DNA of 64,000 bases, taken from assembly GCA_029762535.1 (NCBI GenBank), contig JARVGK010000014.1:1-64000 (forward strand), in the 5' to 3' direction. This DNA is from Thermoplasmatota archaeon (GTDB lineage Archaea; Thermoplasmatota; Penumbrarchaeia; Penumbrarchaeales; Penumbrarchaeaceae). A program made the position numbers and the translations under genes. Shown here piece after piece: positions 57,727 through 64,000 of the stretch; the stretch's first letter is position 1, and the number at the start of each line of letters is the position of its first letter. The notes under the pieces are model-generated. The model saw only the letters and a list, made by a program, of their open reading frames with translations. It searched no databases and was not told the origin of the DNA.

Positions 57727-59300
57727 TCCTAACGGGCAAGGGGGACGCGTTCACGAGCAAATGGGGGCTGCTGCTCGCCGCCCTGGGAGCCGCCATAGGC
57801 ACAGGCAATATCTGGCGCTTTCCCAAGGAGGTCGCCAACAACGGAGGCGGCTCCTTCATGATCCCCTACGTCATATTCCTCTTCTCGTGGTCGATCCCAA
57901 TACTCCTCGTGGAGTTCACCATAGGCAAGAAATCCAGAAAGGGCACCATGGGAAGCTTCGGCGCGTTCCTGGGTGAGAAGAAGGCGTGGATGGGGGCCTG
58001 GATGGCATGGGTGTCCACGGCGATCGGCTTCTATTACGCGGTGGTCATGGGGTGGACCATAAGGTACGCCGTCGGGGCCGCCTCGGGCACGATATCCTTC
58101 GTAAACCCTCAGGGAACATGGGAATCCTTCCTCCAATCGCCAATGCTCGTGATCGCCCTGCAGGTCACCGCGATCCTGATAACAGCGGTGATCGTATACA
58201 GGGGGATCGAGAAGGGTGTGGAGCGAATAAACAATATACTCATACCGGTACTTTTCGTAATGCTGCTCTTCAACATGATATTCGCCCTCACGCTACCCGG
58301 GTCCTTGCGGGGCATATCCTATCTCTTCACTCCAGGCAAGGAGCTGTTCCAGGCCAGGACATGGGTGTCGGCCCTCGCACAGTCCGCCTGGTCATGCTCC
58401 GCAGGAATGGGCATGGCCATAACCTACGGTTCCTACACGAGGAGGAAGCACGACACCAATCTCAACACGTTCCTGACCGGGTTCGGCGACACCTCGGTAA
58501 GCCTCATAGCGGGGATCATGATATTCTCAACGGTCTTCGCACTCTCGGGGTCCATGGCGAGCGCCACCGCGGCGGTGGAGGAGGGCGGCTCCGGCCTGAC
58601 GTTCATACATCTTCCGAGCCTGTTCGGGAAAATGTGGGGCGGGGGCGTCATCGCCGTGTTCTTCTTCCTGGCCATGTCCTTCGCCGCTCTCACCTCGATG
58701 ATATCAACATATGAGGCGGCCATACGCAACTTCGTCGATGCGGGGTGGAAGAGGACGAAGGCTATAATCGTCCTATCCATCGGCATGATACTGTTCGGCC
58801 TTCCCTCCGCCCTGATAATCCTCCCCGTCGGGGGCAGGAGCCTCCCCGTGTTCCTCGATCATCAGGACCATATCTGGGGGATGGGCCTTCTCCTATCCGG
58901 CTTCTTCATCTATTACCTCGTTTATAAGTATGGTGTCACGCGCTTCAGGGAGAACCTGATAAACAGCAAATACTCGAACCTCAGGATCGGTAAGTGGTTC
59001 GATATCCTGTTCAAGTACGTGATCCCCGTGGAGCTGGCGCTCCTGGTCATTTGGTACATCATCCAGTCCGCCATGGCGGACCCTTGGGACCAGTGGTGGA
59101 TGAGCGGTCCGGTTGGGCTGGTGCTCATCGCGATCGAATGGGGGTTGGCGATCATGTTCCTTCGATGGATAGGTTCACGCGTTGGCCATAAGGTCTCCGC
59201 GACCAGGATCGATATGAGCCGTCCCCTGGAGTTCGACGCTGATACCCTCGATGACGATGACGAGGTGATCGTTCAAAGACCGGAGGCTGGTCCTACATGA
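57723..59300 (+). CDS. Sodium-dependent transporter, NSS/SNF family
   Basis: AIGTGNIWRFP, NGGGSF, YYAVV.GW, G.GLTFI.LP, FAALTS.IS. GTGA overlap with the peptidase stop. Confidence 0.94.
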   Translation: MILTGKGDAFTSKWGLLLAALGAAIGTGNIWRFPKEVANNGGGSFMIPYVIFLFSWSIPILLVEFTIGKKSRKGTMGSFGAFLGEKKAWMGAWMAWVSTAIGFYYAVVMGWTIRYAVGAASGTISFVNPQGTWESFLQSPMLVIALQVTAILITAVIVYRGIEKGVERINNILIPVLFVMLLFNMIFALTLPGSLRGISYLFTPGKELFQARTWVSALAQSAWSCSAGMGMAITYGSYTRRKHDTNLNTFLTGFGDTSVSLIAGIMIFSTVFALSGSMASATAAVEEGGSGLTFIHLPSLFGKMWGGGVIAVFFFLAMSFAALTSMISTYEAAIRNFVDAGWKRTKAIIVLSIGMILFGLPSALIILPVGGRSLPVFLDHQDHIWGMGLLLSGFFIYYLVYKYGVTRFRENLINSKYSNLRIGKWFDILFKYVIPVELALLVIWYIIQSAMADPWDQWWMSGPVGLVLIAIEWGLAIMFLRWIGSRVGHKVSATRIDMSRPLEFDADTLDDDDEVIVQRPEAGPT

Positions 59301-59509
59301 GCCATATGGAAGAGAGGATAGTGCGGGTGCTGAGGGAGAGGGGCGAGCTGACCACCTCCGAGATAGAGGAAATGCTCAGAGGCGACTCGATCGAGTGCCC
59401 TGACGGCGCCGTCAAGAGCCTGATGCGCCTCAAGGGCAAGGGAGAGGTGGAAGGAAGGATAGACAGGGAGAGGCGCGGATGGGTCTGGAAGGTCCGCGAA
59501 CAGGCATGA
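59297..59509 (+). CDS. Small winged-helix protein
   Basis: I..VLRERGELTTSEI...L..L...GEV....W.W. ATGA overlap with the transporter. Confidence 0.7.
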   Translation: MSHMEERIVRVLRERGELTTSEIEEMLRGDSIECPDGAVKSLMRLKGKGEVEGRIDRERRGWVWKVREQA

Positions 59510-59575
59510 TCCATCATCATCTGCCGAGAAAATACATATAAGCATTGTGAAGCATAACGTTAAGTAAGCTCAGCA

Positions 59576-62500
59576 TTGGAAAGCTCCAAAGGAGGGATAC
59601 AGACGCGATACGAACGGAAAAGGCAGCGAGCAGCGATCGTATCATCATCTTTGATGATGGTTCTTTTACTATCCGGCATTCTGGTATTGTCGAACGATCC
59701 GAACATCTCGGTCCTGGGACTCGAGGTTGACGGAGGGACGCTATCGGGCGACCATGTATGGGACGCCGCATCATCCCCCATCGAGGTGAAGGGGAACATT
59801 ACGGTCCCGGAAGGGTCCACGCTCACGATAGATGATGGGGTGACGGTCATCATAAAGAACGGCTCATGGATCGAGGTGAAGGGAAAGCTCACGGCAATGG
59901 GAAGGATGGGCTCCGAGATAGTCATACAGGGCGAGGAGACCGACAGCTTCAACAGGATCAACGTGACGTCCGGCGGATACGCCCTTTTCGAGCATGTCAA
60001 CGTCTCCCTCACCGGTGGAGGCATCGCCGCCGAGGGCGAGGATACCCTTGTACATATCTTCAATTCGACCATCTCATCGAGCAGCAGGGGAGTGTCATCA
60101 TCCTCTTCCGCCGTGCTTTGGCTGGTGAACTCGACCGTTACAGGGTCGCCAAGGCTCGTCGCGAGCGGAGGCGCCTTGCACGAGTCCTACTGGTTCAATT
60201 TCAGGGTAATGCTGGACAACAACGGGGGCCCCTTCGAGGGGGCCCGTCTGAAGCTAAATGTAGAGCACTTCAGCGGAAGCAGGGAGGCATACAACTCCGT
60301 TGACGGCGGACAGGATCCCACGGGAGCGGACGGGACAATTCCGCCCGTGATGATGGAGATGTATTTCCACGACGGTTCGATCTCGACCTACGAGTGCCAT
60401 CTCCGCCTCAAGATGAGCGCCTGGGACGCGAACAGGACCTGGACCAAGAACGTGGACAATATCATAGTCGATGGGAACCTCGATTACACCTGGATGCTCG
60501 ACAACACCCCTCCTCCTGTCCCTGCGAACCTGACTCTCGTGTCCGTGGGGGGCACGCACATCCACGTTAGATGGGACTGGGACCACGACCCCAACACACA
60601 TCAGCTCGACCGTTTCGAGGTCAGATGGACCGTGAAACTGGAGCCAGACCTATATGGGGACGAGTTCCTGCTCAGGGGCGACCGTTCCTGCAACATAACT
60701 AACCTACTATCCGAAACGGCCTTCACCATAAGGGTCATCGCTAGGGACATATGGGGGAATCCCTCATCCTCTCCGCCGCTTCTGAACGTGGAGACCCTCG
60801 ATATCACCCCGCCCGAGGCCCCGGATGGTGTCTCGGTCGAGCTGACAGGGCCGACGACCGCGTTCCTCACATGGAACTCGAGCCTCAGCTCGGACGTGGT
60901 GGGTTACAATATATACGTCAACGACACGGGCGATGGCAAGACCCTCCACAGTTTCATTCCCGGACGATCGGCGAGGGAGGCGACGCTGCCGGACCTGCAT
61001 TCCGAGACCGAGTTCACCTTCTGGATCTCCTGCATCGACGACGCGCAACCCCCTAACGAATCCCCTTTGGTCCCGGTCGGATCGGTTAGGACACTGGATA
61101 TAACTCCACCGCCGAAGCCCTCTCTGGAGCTCTATTTCGCAGCGCCGGAGCAGTACTTATCCGGATCGCCATACTACAACAGGACCTATTTCGGGGTCAG
61201 GGGCACGCTCGAGGGCGAGAACAGGACCTATATCGAGATCTTCATCAACGGTGTACCGGAGACCTACGACCTGCCCGAGGAGAGGCCGACCACTTACAAG
61301 GGCGTTTTCACTCATTTCCTCATTCTGAAGGAGGGAGAGTACGAGATAACGGCAAGGTCCATCGATGCCTCCATGAACATCGGCGAGATGTCGGATCCGG
61401 TGTACATAGTCATTGATGTGACGCCTCCGACCGTGGACCTCCCTCACGAGGGCATGCTGGAGGTGGACGAGGGAGAGACCTTCGAGCTCAACGCCACCGT
61501 AATGGATGAGAACGAGGTCCATGAGGTGTCCTGGAGGGTCGTGGGACCGGGAACGGACATCGAACTGATGGGGGATACCGTGGAGATCAGCCTCGACGCC
61601 GGCAGATATCAGGCGATCTGCACCGCGATGGACGCAGCGGGCAACGGCCACACAAAGACCCTTGAGATCAAGGTCTGGTACGAGGACAGCATACCTCCAT
61701 CCGTCGTCAGCACCGTACCTGCCAACGATTCTGTCGGCGTTGATGTGGACACGAGGATAACCGTACACCTCTCGGAGGAGCTAAAATGGCCCTCTCTCAG
61801 GGCATGGCTGGCCCCATCCTCACAGGTTGGAGGGACAGGGGTGCCGCTGGTAGCAGAGCATGATCTCGCCAATCTCACACTCGTATACATACCGACCGAG
61901 ACCTTAGGCGACATCACCGAATACACGTTCAAGCTGACGGGGATGCTCGATCTCAGGGACAACGCTGGAGCGGACCTGCATCTGACCTTCACCACCATCG
62001 ATCCCACGACCATTGATTCCGACGGGGACGGGATACCCGATTACTACGAGGTCCTCAAATGGTTCCTGGACCCCTCCGATCCGACCGACGGGGAAAAGGA
62101 CCAGGACAACGACGGTCTGACCAACCTTGAGGAATACCAGCTCGGTACGGACCCTGAGGTCCCGGACACGGACGGTGACGGGATGCCAGACGGCTGGGAG
62201 GTGAAGTATGGTTTCGACCCCCTGGACAAGTCCGACGCCCTTGAGGATGCCGACGGGGACGGGTATACGAACCTCGAGGAGTACGAGGACGACACAGATC
62301 CCTTGGACAAGGACAGCCACAGGGATGTTGGAAAAAGCTCGGGAACCGGCATTCTGATCCTTGTCGTCATACTTCTGATCATCATCATCGTGGTGATAGT
62401 CGTCCTGGTGTTAGTTATGAGGAAGAAGGCGGGGCAGGAGGCCGATGGGGCGCCCGTTGAGGGAATGGAGGAGGAGGTTTCAGAAGGGGAATCTTCGGAA

Positions 62501-62710
62501 GATGGTAGCTCATGTCCCTCCTGCGGCGCGTCCATAGGTGATGACCTGGACTACTGCCCGGAGTGTGGCATGGAGATCCCCTCGGAAAAAGTGGAAGAGG
62601 GCTTTGTCGATGATATGCTCGAGGATGAGAACGAGCCCATGGGACCCGAGCACGCATCCGATGATGACGCGATGTACGAAGAGGATGGGCCCGCAAAAAC
62701 AGAGCTCTGA
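59576..62710 (+). CDS. Surface protein with beta-helix, FN3, Ig/PKD and Ca-binding DxDxDG repeats, TM and cytoplasmic Zn ribbon
   Basis: D.TPP linkers, FN3 W/Y patterns, DSDGDGIPD/DTDGDGMPDGWE repeats, TM, CPSCG...YCPECG. Confidence 0.87.
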   Translation: MESSKGGIQTRYERKRQRAAIVSSSLMMVLLLSGILVLSNDPNISVLGLEVDGGTLSGDHVWDAASSPIEVKGNITVPEGSTLTIDDGVTVIIKNGSWIEVKGKLTAMGRMGSEIVIQGEETDSFNRINVTSGGYALFEHVNVSLTGGGIAAEGEDTLVHIFNSTISSSSRGVSSSSSAVLWLVNSTVTGSPRLVASGGALHESYWFNFRVMLDNNGGPFEGARLKLNVEHFSGSREAYNSVDGGQDPTGADGTIPPVMMEMYFHDGSISTYECHLRLKMSAWDANRTWTKNVDNIIVDGNLDYTWMLDNTPPPVPANLTLVSVGGTHIHVRWDWDHDPNTHQLDRFEVRWTVKLEPDLYGDEFLLRGDRSCNITNLLSETAFTIRVIARDIWGNPSSSPPLLNVETLDITPPEAPDGVSVELTGPTTAFLTWNSSLSSDVVGYNIYVNDTGDGKTLHSFIPGRSAREATLPDLHSETEFTFWISCIDDAQPPNESPLVPVGSVRTLDITPPPKPSLELYFAAPEQYLSGSPYYNRTYFGVRGTLEGENRTYIEIFINGVPETYDLPEERPTTYKGVFTHFLILKEGEYEITARSIDASMNIGEMSDPVYIVIDVTPPTVDLPHEGMLEVDEGETFELNATVMDENEVHEVSWRVVGPGTDIELMGDTVEISLDAGRYQAICTAMDAAGNGHTKTLEIKVWYEDSIPPSVVSTVPANDSVGVDVDTRITVHLSEELKWPSLRAWLAPSSQVGGTGVPLVAEHDLANLTLVYIPTETLGDITEYTFKLTGMLDLRDNAGADLHLTFTTIDPTTIDSDGDGIPDYYEVLKWFLDPSDPTDGEKDQDNDGLTNLEEYQLGTDPEVPDTDGDGMPDGWEVKYGFDPLDKSDALEDADGDGYTNLEEYEDDTDPLDKDSHRDVGKSSGTGILILVVILLIIIIVVIVVLVLVMRKKAGQEADGAPVEGMEEEVSEGESSEDGSSCPSCGASIGDDLDYCPECGMEIPSEKVEEGFVDDMLEDENEPMGPEHASDDDAMYEEDGPAKTEL

Positions 62711-62798
62711 CAGCCATATGCTGATTACCGCTACGTGCCTGTCGTTGGGAAACCTTTTTATTTCCAATGCGGCATTAACAACGGTGCACCGGTAAGAG

Positions 62799-63782
62799 GT
62801 GGAAGAGATGAAGGTTCCCTGCAAGAAGTGCAAGAAAGAGATGTCCTATCCTTTCAAGGTATGCAAGAACTGCGGATGGAAGCCCGAGGGCAAGCTCGCC
62901 CAGAAGGCCAAGGAGTTCGCGCGCAAGTACGAGATAGAGCACGGCCTGGACAAGAAGAAGCCTGCCAGCTCCTCCAAGAAGCCTGCTGTTGCCAAGAAGC
63001 CCGCGGCAAAACCATCGAGCAAGGTAGGGACCAAGACCAGGCCCAAGTCCGCAAAGAAACCCCCGGTGAAGAAGAAGTTGGTGGTGGAGGAGGAGGAGAT
63101 CGTTTCAAAACCCAAGAAGAAGCCCTCCAAGGAGACCGTGAAGAAGAAGAAACCAACAAGGGGTTTCGACATAAGGAGCGATGGTGACGAGGGAGCGGTG
63201 AAGACAGGCTATCATCCGATAAACCTCGAAGACGACGACGAGGAGATCTTCGTGGTCGGCGGCGGCTCCAGCAAGCCGAAACCCTCCTACGCCCTCGAAG
63301 AGGAAGAGGATTACGAGGACGAGGAAGAGGAAGAAGAGGACGATTACGAAGAGGATGATTTCGAAGAGGAAGAAGAGGAAGAGGATTACGAGGACGAGGA
63401 AGAGGAAGAAGAGGAAGAGGAAGAAGAGGAAGAGGAAGAAGAGGAAGAAGAGGAAGAGGAAGAAGAGGACGATTACGAAGAAGAGGAGGAGGAGCATGCT
63501 CCGGAGGTATTGAAGATCCGGTGCAAATGCGGAAATACGATCAAGATACGCTCCTCGAAGAGGCCGTTGAAGTTCCAGTGCGACGAGTGCGGAAGAAGGG
63601 GGATCCTCCAGGAAGAGGAGGAAGATGAGGAAGAGGAAGAAGAGGAGGAAGATGAGGAAGATGAGGAAGAGGAGTATGTGCCCCCGAAGAAGAAGCACGT
63701 CCATCACGCAAAACCTCCCGTCAAGAAGAAGCCGTCCAGGGATCGCTACGAGGAGCCCCCGAGGAAAAAAAAAAGGTACTAG
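62799..63782 (+). CDS. Zn-ribbon protein with Lys-rich and poly-Glu regions, probably 5' part of a frameshifted gene
   Basis: CKKC..CKNC, KKPA repeats, long E/D tract, CKCG...CDECG. Confidence 0.8.
   Translation: MEEMKVPCKKCKKEMSYPFKVCKNCGWKPEGKLAQKAKEFARKYEIEHGLDKKKPASSSKKPAVAKKPAAKPSSKVGTKTRPKSAKKPPVKKKLVVEEEEIVSKPKKKPSKETVKKKKPTRGFDIRSDGDEGAVKTGYHPINLEDDDEEIFVVGGGSSKPKPSYALEEEEDYEDEEEEEEDDYEEDDFEEEEEEEDYEDEEEEEEEEEEEEEEEEEEEEEEEEDDYEEEEEEHAPEVLKIRCKCGNTIKIRSSKRPLKFQCDECGRRGILQEEEEDEEEEEEEEDEEDEEEEYVPPKKKHVHHAKPPVKKKPSRDRYEEPPRKKKRY
63297..63495 (+). repeat. Purine-rich GAR (Glu) low-complexity tract
   Basis: Runs of gaggaagaa/gaagag with recurring gacgattacgaa. Confidence 0.85.
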
Positions 63783-64000
63783 ATGACAGGCCAAAGAGGC
63801 TCGTCAGGTGCTGGAACTGCCAGGAGCGGATCCCCGAGGGGTCCAAGAGATGCCCCGAGTGCGGTTCCGGACAGAATCTGGCCGGGGAAGGTGATGATTT
63901 CTCGTTCACAAGGCCGGAATCCGTAGGTTTCGATGAGGAGCAGCCGACCGGTAACATGTTCTTCGACACAGGCCAGGAAAGCTCCGGAAAAAAGGGTAAC
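63765..64000 (+). CDS. -1 frame continuation (Zn ribbon CWNC...CPECG), runs off window edge
   Basis: Frame K-V-L-D-D-R-P-K-R-L-V-R-C-W-N-C-Q-E-R-I-P-E-G-S-K-R-C-P-E-C-G is open to the window end. No start codon between the previous in-frame TGA (~63662) and the motif. Confidence 0.72.

Noticed and set aside
63780-63926. TAG readthrough (pyrrolysine) or a new gene from ATG 63783
   Set aside because: That frame gives a short, featureless peptide. The Zn-ribbon motif is in the -1 frame.
1-64000. Numerous 60-330 aa overlapping or antisense ORFs in the track
   Set aside because: Expected shadows of GC-rich codon bias. They overlap well-supported genes and lack motifs.

Overview
A 64-kb, GC-rich archaeal chromosomal segment. 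TBP, Dph5, the rpl11-rpl1-rplP0-rpl12 cluster and many membrane-anchored surface proteins point to a Thermoplasmatota-type heterotroph (lineage inferred, not tested). From left to right: (1) a tightly coupled minus-strand operon (1-11418) with a large FtsX-type permease, four membrane-anchored beta-propeller proteins, a NapH-like 4Fe-4S membrane protein, a double-cubane-type reductase and its ATP-dependent activator; (2) an AT-rich accessory zone with a hairpin-dense non-coding stretch, a secreted Asp-box protein and a GLUG/PKD surface protein; (3) larE; (4) two tandem wHTH-TPR regulators, each followed by a copy of a ~94-bp promoter/operator element that also occurs 10 kb upstream, then a catalytically altered caspase/legumain-like protein and a PAS histidine kinase; (5) a B12-radical SAM gene between two paralogous membrane proteins, then a vapBC-like pair; (6) housekeeping genes (galU, amrS, THUMP protein, tbp, folD, membrane pyrophosphatase, ribosomal proteins with an L1-binding RNA element); (7) surface proteins, nikR/frhB-like, a peptidase plus transporter, and a Lys/Glu-rich Zn-ribbon gene that seems to continue through a -1 shift at an A10 run. 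The best candidates for undescribed systems are the wHTH-TPR/operator/pseudo-caspase circuit and the beta-propeller/FtsX/double-cubane operon. No rRNA, tRNA, CRISPR array or transposase was recognised. All family calls come from motifs read by eye, not from database searches.
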